A stretch of 64,000 nucleotides of DNA from an uncultured Bacteroidota bacterium (GCA_902606525.1 CACLGW010000001.1:11303-75302), one strand, 5' to 3'; positions 7,498 to 17,699 are shown, counted from the stretch's first letter. The notes: generated from the sequence alone by a model not told the origin. Numbers and translations: made by a program.

Positions 7498-10413
7498 ATG
7501 AAAAAAATAAAACAAAATTTCACATACTCAGTTTTTTGCTTGTGTATGTTATTTAGTGGTTATACTTTTTCACAACAAATATCTGGAACCATACAGGATG
7601 AGGAATCTAATCCGATTCCAGGTGTTACAATTGTTGTTGAGGGAACTGATAGTGGAACCACATCTGACTTCGACGGAAACTTTTCTATAGACGCCAATGT
7701 TGGTGAAAACTTAATTTTTTCCTTTATTGGCTTTGAAAGCCAAATAGTCGCTGCTTCATCCGACTCAATGTCGATTGTAATGAACACTGAGGATACAATT
7801 TTAGATGAGGTCGTTATTACAGGACTTGGTACCAGTGTTAAAAGAAGGAATCTTGCTAACGCTGTAGCAACAGTATCAAGCGAAGAACTTATTGGAAAGA
7901 CCAACCAAGGTACTGTAGATGGAGCTCTTTATGGAAAAATACCCGGTGTTAATATTACGTCATCTTCAGGTGCACCTGGAGGAGGTTTTGCACTAAGATT
8001 AAGGGGGATATCCTCAATTAATGGAAACAATCAACCTTTATTTATCTTAGATGGGGTTTACCTTAACAATAATGAAATTCCTTCTGGTCTTAGATTTGCT
8101 TCTGGTGCAAATAGAGGTAGTGAAGAAAATGCTCCAAACCGGATTGCCGATCTTGATCCAAACGATATTGAAAACATTGAAGTATTAAAAGGTGCTTCCG
8201 CTGCCGCAATATACGGAACAAGAGCAAATGCTGGTGTTATTATTATAACAACTAAAAAAGGTAAAGCTGGAGAAACAAAAGTTAGCCTGACACAGAATAT
8301 TGGTTTTGCAGAAATGTCAAATAGATTAGGCATGAGAGATTGGAATGCATCTAGTGTTGAAGCAGCTTTTGGAGCCTCTGAAGTAACTAAATACACCAAT
8401 GCCATAAATACTTTTGGCCTTATCGATTATGAGGATGAGGTATATGGTAATAAAGGTATTATTTCTGATTCAAAGCTTAGTATTTCTGGAGGAAATGACA
8501 AAACACAATTCTATGTTGGTGCATCTTACAGAGATGAGGAGGGTATTATTAAATATACCGGATTTGATAGATTCTCAATAAGAGCTAATATTGATCACAA
8601 AATTTCAAACACATTTGAATTATCGTCATCATCTAACTTTATTCAAGGACAATCAAGAAGAAGTTTTACGGGTAATGAAAATGAGGGTGGTTTAAGTTAT
8701 GGTTATACTTTAGCCTTTACAAGACCATGGATTAATTTGTATCCTGACACATCAGGAAACTACCCAAATAACCCAAATTATGCAGGTAATCCATTATTTG
8801 TTAGAGATAAAGCAAGAAATGATGATGACAATAATAGGTTGATTCAAAGCTTAAAATTAACTACAAAGATCATTGACAGTGGAAAAGATCAATTAAGAAT
8901 GATTTGGAGTGGAGGTTTAGATTTCTTAGCAAATGAAACTTATATTTATGTTCCAGAAATTCACCAAGCACAAAACGGCGGAGATAATGGATTCATTGGT
9001 GTTGGAAAAAATAATTTTAAAAATTATAACCTTTTGGGTCTTGGTGTTTGGAATAGGGACGCACTTGATGGAGCATTAGCATTAACAACACAAGGAGGTG
9101 TTTCTTATTTAAAAAGAGATGCTGATGTGGTTTTTAATCAAGCAACACAATTGATTCCAGGGCAAACAACCCTTGGTCAGGGCTCTGCCCAGGCAATAAG
9201 TCAAACTCAATCAGAGATTGAGGAATTTGGTTATTTTGGACAAATAGAAGGTAATTATAAAGACCAATTTATAGCTACCGTTGGATACAGGGCTGATAAA
9301 TCTTCATTAAACGGAGATCCTAATAAATTTTATGGATTTCCAAAAGCATCCTTAGCTGTTAATATTCACAATTTTGGTGATATGAATACAGGTGCAATAG
9401 ACCAAATTAAACTTAGAGCAGCTTATGGTGAAACTGGCTCATCAGCTTCATTCGGTTCAATATTTACAAGTTTAAATTCAGTTGCTATCGGTGGAGTAGG
9501 AGGGTCAACTATCGCTTCATTAAGAGGTGATGCGAACATTGAGCCTGAAACTTCTCAAGAGTTAGAAGTTGGTTTAGATTTGAGATTTATTCAAAAGATT
9601 GGACTAGAGCTTTCTTATTATAATAGAAATGTTAAAGATTTGATATTAAGTAGATCATTGCCTACTTCAAGTGGTTTTTCTAGAGAGACTACAAACCTTG
9701 CAGATCTTGAAAACAGAGGTGTTGAAGTTGGAATAAATATAGACGCTTTTGATAATGACAGATTTAGCTGGAATAGTGGAATTCAATTTTGGTTAAATAG
9801 ATCAGAGATTACTAGGTTAGAAGTGCCTGCTTTCCCACAACCCGGTGCTGGTTTTGGTCTTGGTTTAGGAACCTTTTATATACAAGAGGGACAGCCTGTA
9901 ACTCAATTAGCTGGAAATATCGATGGTGTACCTACACAAATTGGTAATGTAGAACCAGATTTCCAAGTTTCATTTAATAATAACTTTACTATTTCCCAAA
10001 ATTTAGAAATTGGATTTTTGATTCATTGGAAAGAAGGTGGTGAGAATATTAATTTATCTAAACTACTTACTGACCTTGGAGGAATTACTGCTGACCTAGA
10101 CACACCAGAAGGACAAACTAGAGCTTCTTTGGGATTTGTACCTCAGCGTTTTATCGAACCTGCAGCATACATGAGGCTAAGAGAAGCAGCAATATATTAT
10201 ACCCTTCCGAAAAATACTTTTACATGGTTGTCTGAAGATATATCAAGTGTAAGATTAGGGTTAACAGGTAGAAATCTACTTACAATAACCGATTATTCAA
10301 GTTATGATCCTGAAACTTCAGTTAATGGTGGTTCTGGGTTATCGAGTGGTATTGAAGTTACACCCTATCCAAACTCAAGACAGTATTTATTCAGTTTAAA
10401 CGTAAACTTTTAA
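7498..10413 (+). CDS. SusC/RagA-family TonB-linked outer membrane protein
   Basis: N-terminal carboxypeptidase-regulatory-like domain (ISGTIQDEESNPIPGVTIVVEGT...DGNFSI). Plug motif IENIEVLKGASAAAIYGTRANAGVIIITTKKGK. C-terminal aromatic residue. Followed directly by a SusD-like gene. Confidence 0.9.
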   Translation: MKKIKQNFTYSVFCLCMLFSGYTFSQQISGTIQDEESNPIPGVTIVVEGTDSGTTSDFDGNFSIDANVGENLIFSFIGFESQIVAASSDSMSIVMNTEDTILDEVVITGLGTSVKRRNLANAVATVSSEELIGKTNQGTVDGALYGKIPGVNITSSSGAPGGGFALRLRGISSINGNNQPLFILDGVYLNNNEIPSGLRFASGANRGSEENAPNRIADLDPNDIENIEVLKGASAAAIYGTRANAGVIIITTKKGKAGETKVSLTQNIGFAEMSNRLGMRDWNASSVEAAFGASEVTKYTNAINTFGLIDYEDEVYGNKGIISDSKLSISGGNDKTQFYVGASYRDEEGIIKYTGFDRFSIRANIDHKISNTFELSSSSNFIQGQSRRSFTGNENEGGLSYGYTLAFTRPWINLYPDTSGNYPNNPNYAGNPLFVRDKARNDDDNNRLIQSLKLTTKIIDSGKDQLRMIWSGGLDFLANETYIYVPEIHQAQNGGDNGFIGVGKNNFKNYNLLGLGVWNRDALDGALALTTQGGVSYLKRDADVVFNQATQLIPGQTTLGQGSAQAISQTQSEIEEFGYFGQIEGNYKDQFIATVGYRADKSSLNGDPNKFYGFPKASLAVNIHNFGDMNTGAIDQIKLRAAYGETGSSASFGSIFTSLNSVAIGGVGGSTIASLRGDANIEPETSQELEVGLDLRFIQKIGLELSYYNRNVKDLILSRSLPTSSGFSRETTNLADLENRGVEVGINIDAFDNDRFSWNSGIQFWLNRSEITRLEVPAFPQPGAGFGLGLGTFYIQEGQPVTQLAGNIDGVPTQIGNVEPDFQVSFNNNFTISQNLEIGFLIHWKEGGENINLSKLLTDLGGITADLDTPEGQTRASLGFVPQRFIEPAAYMRLREAAIYYTLPKNTFTWLSEDISSVRLGLTGRNLLTITDYSSYDPETSVNGGSGLSSGIEVTPYPNSRQYLFSLNVNF

Positions 10414-10423
10414 TATTTAAAAC

Positions 10424-11740
10424 ATGAAAAATTTTAAATTCACATATAGAAATACTATTGTCATCTTTATAACGACAATATTAACATTTGCTTTATCATG
10501 TACATTTGATGAAGAATTCGACCCTAATAGACCAAGTTTAGAAGGTGCGCTAACGGACGCTTCAGTAAATCAACTTAACAACCTAGTTGTTGGAGTTGAA
10601 TCTGGAATGAGAGGTGGTGTTGCAGGACAAACAACACATACAGGTACGATGGCTCGAGAATTATATAAATTTGATGCTGATCCGCGGAATACTGGAGATC
10701 TTCTTGGTGCAAATGGAGCTTCTCTCGACAACAATTCATTTTATTCTACAAGCGTTTGGGCATCTAAATATCGAACTATCAAAAACGCGAATATTCTGTT
10801 AGAAGCATTGGATAACACAAGCTCGGTTAGTATTCAAGAAGCTGCTGGATATAGTGGCTTTGTCAAGACTGTTATTGCTCATCAATTAATAATGTTAGTA
10901 AAATCATATGGTTCTGCTAGGGTTGATGTAAGCGATCCAACAAATCCAGGGCCTATTCTACAAGAAAATGATGTTTTATCACAAGTTTCGTCTTTATTAG
11001 ATGAGGCTCAATCAGATCTTAGCTCTGCAGGAAGTAGCTTTTCTTTTCCACTAGCTGGATTCTCTGGATTTGATACACCATCTACTTTTACTCAATTCAA
11101 TAGAGCTGTTAAGGCCCTTGCATTAGTATATTCTGGTAATAAGTCTGGTGCTTTGCAAGCCTTAACCTCATCTTATTTTGATTTGAATGGAGATCTAAAG
11201 TTGGGGCCAAAACATGTGTTTAGTCTTTCAGCAGGAGATTTTGTAAACGGGTTATACAAAATAGTAGATAATAATGGAGACCAAATTATTGTTCATAATA
11301 GCTTTATAAATGATGCTGAAAGTGGTGATACAAGAGTTTCTGAGAAAACTATAATTAGGTCAGATCCAACTACCCAAGATGGATTAAATGGGACACATCA
11401 AACTAAATTGTATGCATCTAATATTTCACCTATCGATATTATTCGAAATGAAGAATTAATACTATTGTATGCAGAAGCTAATATCCCCTCTAATAATTCA
11501 GAAGCAGTTAAGGCAATAAATGTTGTTAGAAATGCTGCGGGTCTATCTGATTATAGTGGATCTAATTCAGAATCTGCACTGATTGACGAACTTTTGAAGC
11601 AAAGAAGATATTCTTTATGGTGTGAAAACCATAGAATGTATGATTTGAGAAGATATGGAAAGTCATCTTCCCTTCCTATCGATCGTCCCGGTGATCAGGT
11701 TTTCAATATTATCCCAATACCTCTTACCGAGAACGAATAA
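10424..11740 (+). CDS. SusD/RagB-family surface lipoprotein
   Basis: Lipobox (LSCTFDEE) with acidic residues after the Cys. C-terminal SusD signature ...RRYSLWCENHRMYDLRRYG.... Positioned 10 nt after SusC. Confidence 0.85.
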   Translation: MKNFKFTYRNTIVIFITTILTFALSCTFDEEFDPNRPSLEGALTDASVNQLNNLVVGVESGMRGGVAGQTTHTGTMARELYKFDADPRNTGDLLGANGASLDNNSFYSTSVWASKYRTIKNANILLEALDNTSSVSIQEAAGYSGFVKTVIAHQLIMLVKSYGSARVDVSDPTNPGPILQENDVLSQVSSLLDEAQSDLSSAGSSFSFPLAGFSGFDTPSTFTQFNRAVKALALVYSGNKSGALQALTSSYFDLNGDLKLGPKHVFSLSAGDFVNGLYKIVDNNGDQIIVHNSFINDAESGDTRVSEKTIIRSDPTTQDGLNGTHQTKLYASNISPIDIIRNEELILLYAEANIPSNNSEAVKAINVVRNAAGLSDYSGSNSESALIDELLKQRRYSLWCENHRMYDLRRYGKSSSLPIDRPGDQVFNIIPIPLTENE

Positions 11741-11762
11741 TTATTTGATATTAATACCAATT

Positions 11763-11793
11763 AAGGTCGAGTTTTAACTCGACCTTGTTGTTT
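11763..11793 (+). terminator. Rho-independent terminator after the SusD-like gene
   Basis: 10-bp stem AAGGTCGAGT / ACTCGACCTT with loop TTTA, followed by GTTGTTT. Confidence 0.55.
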
Positions 11794-11803
11794 AAATTAA
11801 AAT

Positions 11804-12820
11804 TTGATGTTAAAAAAAATAATGTTTTTGTTACCGTTACTTATCATTTCTTGTGGTCAGAATTTAGAGTCAACGAATATATATCTCGATTATTCTTTTA
11901 AAGATGATAAACTATCCGGTGGAGTTAAAATGATTCAAATTAAAACACCTTCTGGAAATTTTAATGTTTGGACTAAAAGAGTTGGAAATAATCCAACAAA
12001 AAAAGTACTTCTTCTTCATGGAGGTCCTGGAGCTAATCATGAATATTTTCAAGCAATTGATTCATATTTTCCGAAAGAGTCGATAGAATATTATTATTAT
12101 GATCAATTGGGTTCTTCATTCAGTGATAAACCAAAAGATCAATCGCTATGGACGATTGAGAGATTTGTTGATGAGGTTGAACAAGTTCGTTTGGCATTGG
12201 GGTTAGACGAAAATAACTTTATCATTCTAGGTCACTCATGGGGAGGTATTTTAGGGCTAGAATATGCTCTTAAACATCAAAATAAAATGAAAGCATTAAT
12301 AATATCAAATATGGTTCCATCAATACCTGATTATATTAAATATGCAAATGATGTACTTGCTCCTAAACTAGACCCTTTTGTATTGAAAAAAATTAGAGAA
12401 TATGAAAATGCTGGTGATTATACAAATTCCGACTATTTAGGGCTTATTGAAGAACATTACTATCCTAAGCATGTACTTAGAATGCCATTAGAAGAATGGC
12501 CAAACCCGATTACTAGAAGTTTGGCAGGTTTAAATTATGATATATATCTAAAAATGCAAGGGCCTAGTGAATTCGGTGTTGTTGGAGATGCCCTACTAAA
12601 AGATTGGGATAGGAAAAATGATCTTAAAAATCTAAAAATACCCGTATTAACAATAGGTGGGCGATATGATACAATGGATCCCAAACAAATGGAATGGATG
12701 AGTACTGAAGTTCAAAATGGGACCTATTTACATTGTCCAAACGGGAGTCATTGGAGTATGTATGATGATCAGGAAACCTATTTTAATGGTGTTACAGAAT
12801 ATATTAATTCTTTGCCTTAA
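11804..12820 (+). CDS. Proline iminopeptidase-family alpha/beta hydrolase (lipoprotein)
   Basis: LLLHGGPGANHEYF and nucleophile elbow GHSWGG. Signal peptide/lipobox LIISCG. ATG at 11807 is a likely alternative to the TTG at 11804. Confidence 0.8.
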   Translation: MMLKKIMFLLPLLIISCGQNLESTNIYLDYSFKDDKLSGGVKMIQIKTPSGNFNVWTKRVGNNPTKKVLLLHGGPGANHEYFQAIDSYFPKESIEYYYYDQLGSSFSDKPKDQSLWTIERFVDEVEQVRLALGLDENNFIILGHSWGGILGLEYALKHQNKMKALIISNMVPSIPDYIKYANDVLAPKLDPFVLKKIREYENAGDYTNSDYLGLIEEHYYPKHVLRMPLEEWPNPITRSLAGLNYDIYLKMQGPSEFGVVGDALLKDWDRKNDLKNLKIPVLTIGGRYDTMDPKQMEWMSTEVQNGTYLHCPNGSHWSMYDDQETYFNGVTEYINSLP

Positions 12821-12826
12821 CTCTGA

Positions 12827-13375
12827 TTACCATTCCCAAATAACAATATCTCCTGGGCTTTTGTGGAGTTTTAAATTTCCAATTTTTTTAAAGCCACATC
12901 TCTCGTGAGCTTTTTTTGATCTATTGTTTTTGCTGTCTATAGCAGTTATACAATAACGATAGCTTGAGTATGTTTCTCTAAATAGAGAATATAACTTCTC
13001 AACATATCCCATACCCCGGTAATTTTCATCTATACAGAGTTGGCCTACTACAATATAACTTTGGTTCCCAATTAATTGGTTGTTATAAATTTGTTTATTG
13101 AAAATGGTAAACAAAGAATTTAATAAAGGATGATTTTTTGCAACTCCAAATGTCACAGCTAATGCATAACCAATAACTCTTTTTTGTTTTAAAATAATTG
13201 CTGGACTTTTTTGGTTTATTTCTTTTAAATAGGACAAAGTATATTTAGCCGTTAAAAATCCTTCTTCAATACTTTTTTTAATAGATAAATTCTCTTTTAA
13301 ATTTTCATTTTGAAGCTTTTTAATTTGAATTAATTCAGACTCAGTAGAAGCTAATTTAAGATTTATAGAACTCAT
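12827..13375 (-). CDS. GNAT-family N-acetyltransferase
   Basis: Acetyl-CoA binding region QLCIDENYRGMGYVEKLY and C-terminal ...AHERCGFKK.... Confidence 0.75.
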   Translation of the reverse strand: MSSINLKLASTESELIQIKKLQNENLKENLSIKKSIEEGFLTAKYTLSYLKEINQKSPAIILKQKRVIGYALAVTFGVAKNHPLLNSLFTIFNKQIYNNQLIGNQSYIVVGQLCIDENYRGMGYVEKLYSLFRETYSSYRYCITAIDSKNNRSKKAHERCGFKKIGNLKLHKSPGDIVIWEW

Positions 13376-13404
13376 AATATGACCATAGGAAAAATAAAGA
13401 AACT

Positions 13405-14478
13405 CTAAATATCTTTTTTCCAGAAAGCGATTCCCCCAGCTTGTTTCCCAATCTCAACCTTATCCACTAGAATTTGATTTTCTAGGTCTATTACATCAAC
13501 AATTCCTGGTTGGCCACCAACACCCTCAACAGATATAAATGCATATTTACTATCACTGGAAATGGCAACACCGTGAGGAACAGAATTTGAATTATCAAAA
13601 GTTTTGATTAAATCCCCACTCTTAATTTCCCATACTGCAGTTTTTGCAACACTTTTCAAAGTAGCAACCATATATTTACCGTCAGGAGAAATTTCCACAT
13701 TGTAAGGGCCTTTTTCTGTTTTTATTCTTTTAGAAATAGCCCATTTATCAATGTCAATTTCAATGATTTCGTCTGATCCATTTCCAGCTACGTATAAAAC
13801 ATTTTGATTAGGATGTGGAATAACCCAAGTAGGTTTAACAATGGAGTGTTTCATTTTATCCATTTTCATATTATTATGATTCATTTTTGAATGATCTTCA
13901 AGATCCAATTTTCTTAAAATTTTTAGCGATAATGCGTCAATTTCATATAATTCTCCAGACATCATAGCGACAGAATATTGTTTTAAACCATCACTTGAGA
14001 TTCTTGAACCGTGTGGCATGCTTCCTGTTGTTATTTGTGTTATTTCAGTCATTGTTTCAGCATCAACTACAGAAACAGTTGAGGGTTTCATATTCCCATG
14101 TAAATTAAAATTGACACAGTATAAAAAACCAGTTATTTTAGAAATCTGCATAGATGCTGGAAATAAACCAAGCGTAGTCTCATCTACAACCTTATTTGTT
14201 TCTGTAGAGTATTTGATTAATTTCCCATATGGATTTCCGTGAGCTAAGCTTACGTACCAATACTTACCATTTGGATCAACTGTAATTCCGTGTGGCCCTT
14301 CAATTTCTGTGGGATATGAGCCTACAGTTATTCTTTCTTTCTCTTCAATATTTTTACCATCAAACTTTAATAGCGATACCGTATCGTCAGATTCAGAAGC
14401 AACATATAAATAATAGTTTTGTGCGTTTGAAAAATTAAATATCGAAAAAAGAAATATTAATATTTTAATCCTTTTCAT
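13405..14478 (-). CDS. Secreted YVTN-type beta-propeller protein with a Met/His-rich loop
   Basis: Signal peptide. Repeated blades (GPHGITVDPNGKYWYVS, MPHGSRISSDG, GPYNVEISPDGKYMV, VPHGVAISSDSKYAFIS). Insertion HSKMNHNNMKMDKMKH. Confidence 0.7.
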   Translation of the reverse strand: MKRIKILIFLFSIFNFSNAQNYYLYVASESDDTVSLLKFDGKNIEEKERITVGSYPTEIEGPHGITVDPNGKYWYVSLAHGNPYGKLIKYSTETNKVVDETTLGLFPASMQISKITGFLYCVNFNLHGNMKPSTVSVVDAETMTEITQITTGSMPHGSRISSDGLKQYSVAMMSGELYEIDALSLKILRKLDLEDHSKMNHNNMKMDKMKHSIVKPTWVIPHPNQNVLYVAGNGSDEIIEIDIDKWAISKRIKTEKGPYNVEISPDGKYMVATLKSVAKTAVWEIKSGDLIKTFDNSNSVPHGVAISSDSKYAFISVEGVGGQPGIVDVIDLENQILVDKVEIGKQAGGIAFWKKDI

Positions 14479-14522
14479 AAAATGTAATTGTAAGGTTTTA
14501 TATAAATGAACAAATAACTAAA

Positions 14523-16565
14523 TTAATTTATGTATTGATTTGTTTTACTGTTATCTGGTTTATTACTTGAGACTTTAGCAGCCCCAAGACCGGTATTAAA
14601 ATCTGAATAAAAAACATGTCCTTTATATAGTTGGGCTCCCCAAACCATAGTATCATTTGGAATATAACCGTTTGGACTACCTGTTAAAAGGTAGCCTATT
14701 TCTCTGTCTTGTTTATAAAGGTCTCCTAATAAATCACCACTTATATCAACAACCCTCAAACCTCCTGAATACATCGCAACATATAAAATATCATCTTTAA
14801 TCCAGTAATTATGTGATCCGTGCCCTGGAAGTTCGTAACGAGCGACTTCAACGGGATTATTTAAATCAGAAAAATCTACAAAATGAAGAAATCCTGCAGT
14901 TTCATTTGTTCCATTTGGATTTACTCCGTTCGGGAAAATTTCATCGCCTAGTATAGTATAAAATTTACCGGTTGATTTACTTTTAAATGGAAATGTAGCG
15001 TGGTTTGCTCCACTATCATATGAGTAATTCCCGAATGATACTGGGTTAGATGGTGAACCTCCAGCAATTCCATTTCCAACATCTACTAGATAAACCCCGT
15101 CACGCCAATTAGATGAATAAGCTATCCCATCTTCAATCCAAACATCATGAATGGACTGGCCCTCTTTCTTCAACTCAAACATCCCAACCTCGTAGGGCTT
15201 GGCAGGATCATCAACATTAATTATATAATATCTTTCACCATTACTGAGCGCGTAAATATGATTATTATCAATAAAAACATTATGAACACCACCTGTTAGG
15301 TTTTTTGTGTATTCAGAAATAATTTTAACATCGCGCGGATTTGACACATCAATTATGATCATACCATTTTTTCGATTAGAAGCTCCTTCACGGCTAATAA
15401 CACATATTTTCCCATCTTGAGAAACTTTTACATCATTTACAGTTCTTGCATCAACTTGAATACTATCTATCTTTTTCAAGTTTGATGGATCACTAACATC
15501 CCAAAAAAAAGCGGTTCCATCGGCACCCCAGGTTCCAGTAACTCCATAATCACCACCATCAATTCCCTCAAAAATCCAGAAATCAGAAGTATGTCTATCA
15601 TTCACAACACCCCTGCCAACATTTGAGATTTCACGCTTTACATTTCTTGGGAAAATATTCACAATCTTTGAACTTGAGATATTTCCAATTCTGGCTGAAA
15701 TTATATATTTTCCTGGAACATCTCCAACAAATCTTCCATCTTCTAGAATTAATCCAGAAGCTGAATTACTCTTATCAAAGGATTTTCCGGTAAAGGAAAA
15801 TTCAATTGGAAGATTTTCAAGTTTATTATTATTTTTGCCGTAGGCTATCGCTTTAAAATTAATAACATCACCAGAGCGAGCATTGAAGACATCTGATTCT
15901 AGATTTAGTTTTGCGACAGGATTTTTTTTAATTTTTAAATCTATACTTGCTGATACTCCATCAAAAAGAACAACTATTGTTGAATTTCCTTCCTCCAGGG
16001 CTAAAATATTATTTGATTCATCTATTTTGACTTTTTCATTACTTGACTTTAGAGACACATCGACTTTTGAAAAGTATTTGGAGGCATTTTCATAATTCCA
16101 ATAATCTACAATCCTTTTATTATTAAGTTCATCAGTAATTTCATAAATAAGCTTTATATAATTCCCTTCATACACATTTTTTTCGTTTATAGAAACTTTA
16201 ATTTCCTTGACTTTAGGATAATTAACATTTACATAAAAGGTTTTACTTAACCTCTTACCCTGAGAATCAATACAAACAGCGACAATTTCATGGGTTCCAG
16301 GCTCGTTAGCTTTTAGTGTGCCCTCCGATCTGTCAAAAGTTATTGATTTGGCAGAGCTAAATACTCCCTTTTTGTTATAGTAAATTATTCTTTTACAATC
16401 TCCAGTTGTTCCATCAGAAAGAACTACGGTAGAGACTGGTTTAAATAATTGGCCTATATTAAGAGTTAAATTTTCTAAGTCAGAAACAATTGTTTTGTTT
16501 TGAGCAAAACCAATTTTTAAAAATAATAATGACAGTATAAGTGATTGTGATAATAAAAATTTCAT
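14523..16565 (-). CDS. Secreted protein: N-terminal Ig-like (BIG2-type) domains plus an LVIVD-repeat beta-propeller
   Basis: Signal peptide. LVIVD-like strands recur (MIIIDVSNP, YYIINVDDP, GVYLVDVGN, LHFVDFSDL, GLRVVDISG). N-terminal about 300 aa is beta-sandwich-like. Confidence 0.7.
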   Translation of the reverse strand: MKFLLSQSLILSLLFLKIGFAQNKTIVSDLENLTLNIGQLFKPVSTVVLSDGTTGDCKRIIYYNKKGVFSSAKSITFDRSEGTLKANEPGTHEIVAVCIDSQGKRLSKTFYVNVNYPKVKEIKVSINEKNVYEGNYIKLIYEITDELNNKRIVDYWNYENASKYFSKVDVSLKSSNEKVKIDESNNILALEEGNSTIVVLFDGVSASIDLKIKKNPVAKLNLESDVFNARSGDVINFKAIAYGKNNNKLENLPIEFSFTGKSFDKSNSASGLILEDGRFVGDVPGKYIISARIGNISSSKIVNIFPRNVKREISNVGRGVVNDRHTSDFWIFEGIDGGDYGVTGTWGADGTAFFWDVSDPSNLKKIDSIQVDARTVNDVKVSQDGKICVISREGASNRKNGMIIIDVSNPRDVKIISEYTKNLTGGVHNVFIDNNHIYALSNGERYYIINVDDPAKPYEVGMFELKKEGQSIHDVWIEDGIAYSSNWRDGVYLVDVGNGIAGGSPSNPVSFGNYSYDSGANHATFPFKSKSTGKFYTILGDEIFPNGVNPNGTNETAGFLHFVDFSDLNNPVEVARYELPGHGSHNYWIKDDILYVAMYSGGLRVVDISGDLLGDLYKQDREIGYLLTGSPNGYIPNDTMVWGAQLYKGHVFYSDFNTGLGAAKVSSNKPDNSKTNQYIN

Positions 16566-16592
16566 TCGTATATCTTATTTAATAATTAAGTT

Positions 16593-17699
16593 TTATGATT
16601 CTAATGCATTTTTACAATAGTTAACACATTTTTTTATCTCTTCTATGATACCAGATTCTTTTGGTGTACGATATTCGTATTCTATAGTTGTCGGAAAAGT
16701 ATATTTATTATCTCGCATTAGCTGAAGAGTTTCAGTTATTGGGGTATCACCCATTCCAAAAGGCATATTATCTTGACCATTCTCTAAACTTTTTCGATCT
16801 TTTATATGCATACTATATATTTTTTTATTGAATTTTTTTATAAACTCAAAAGTATCAGTATTTCCGGCTGCAATATAATGCCCCAAATCAGGATTTAAAA
16901 CGTTGGATTCTGACTGTTCTAATGCAGTATCCCACCAATTTATATGCTGTTGAGTATGTCCATGATAAGCTACTTTTATTCCATTTTTTTCAGCTAATTT
17001 CCCTAGTCTTAGAGTATGCTCTGGATTTTTAGGGCCATAAGGTGGACCGGGTAACTCAAGAGTTACATGACTTGCTCCTAAAACTTTCCCTGCTTTCATT
17101 GCATAGTTGATATCAGCATCTGAGTTTTTACTACCCAATAAATTGTCAGGTTTAAATGCGTAAATTTCAACTCCAACGTCATTAAACATTTTGCGAAGCT
17201 TCAAAAAATCATTTGGATTTCTATTTTTTTCCCAATTTGCAGCTGCTTTTTCGAAAGATTTTTGTTGTTGTTTTAAATCAGCTAATTGTTTCTTTTCATC
17301 TCGAGATATTTCTTTTTTTCTATCTAATCTCATTAGCCTATAAAAAGTTTTTCTATCAATTTTATATTCTGGTCTACCGATTAAGTTTTCAGCTACACCA
17401 CTACTTCCAGGATTTCGTTCCATCAACTCAACAGCATTTACACCTGAGTCTAAAACATACTGTAAAATGGCTTCTGCACTTTGGTCTTTCATCGCTCTAT
17501 ATGAGTAGGTTATTACTCCAATCTGCACACCATTTACTTTCGAATTAAGTTTTAATAAATCAGGTATGTATGCGGGTGATCCCCATATTTTTGATTTTGT
17601 AAGAGTTAAGCCCGCTGCTAGAGTTACAGTTTTGCCTAGAAAGGAACGGCGAGTTAAACTTTGTTTATTTATTTTCATTTTAAAACTAATTTTAAACAA
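16593..17699 (-). CDS. Tat-exported xylose-isomerase-like TIM-barrel protein (sugar phosphate isomerase/epimerase family) with a charged helical insertion
   Basis: Twin-arginine signal (TRRSFLGKTVTLAAG). TIM-barrel family motifs (GASHVTLE, YHGHTQ, TIEYEY). About 60-aa Lys/Glu/Gln-rich insert. Confidence 0.7.
   Translation of the reverse strand: MFKISFKMKINKQSLTRRSFLGKTVTLAAGLTLTKSKIWGSPAYIPDLLKLNSKVNGVQIGVITYSYRAMKDQSAEAILQYVLDSGVNAVELMERNPGSSGVAENLIGRPEYKIDRKTFYRLMRLDRKKEISRDEKKQLADLKQQQKSFEKAAANWEKNRNPNDFLKLRKMFNDVGVEIYAFKPDNLLGSKNSDADINYAMKAGKVLGASHVTLELPGPPYGPKNPEHTLRLGKLAEKNGIKVAYHGHTQQHINWWDTALEQSESNVLNPDLGHYIAAGNTDTFEFIKKFNKKIYSMHIKDRKSLENGQDNMPFGMGDTPITETLQLMRDNKYTFPTTIEYEYRTPKESGIIEEIKKCVNYCKNALES

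Noticed and set aside
7560-8405. Antisense ORFs 7560..7904 and 8058..8405 inside the SusC-like gene. Similar shadow ORFs occur at 1496..1735, 2405..2602, 3962..4198, 4560..5690, 6325..6528, 14018..14242, 15883..16095, 17213..17548, 17933..18121, 18984..19235, 19299..19619, 21484..22182, 26945..27133, 28302..29280, 34644..34880, 35389..35571, 39055..39297, 44814..45059, 50089..53877, 56230..57143, 59333..59530, 60818..61231 and 63279..63527.
   Set aside because: All lie within longer ORFs that have clear family signatures on the other strand or frame. Their translations are low-complexity or hydrophobic noise, as expected in AT-rich DNA.
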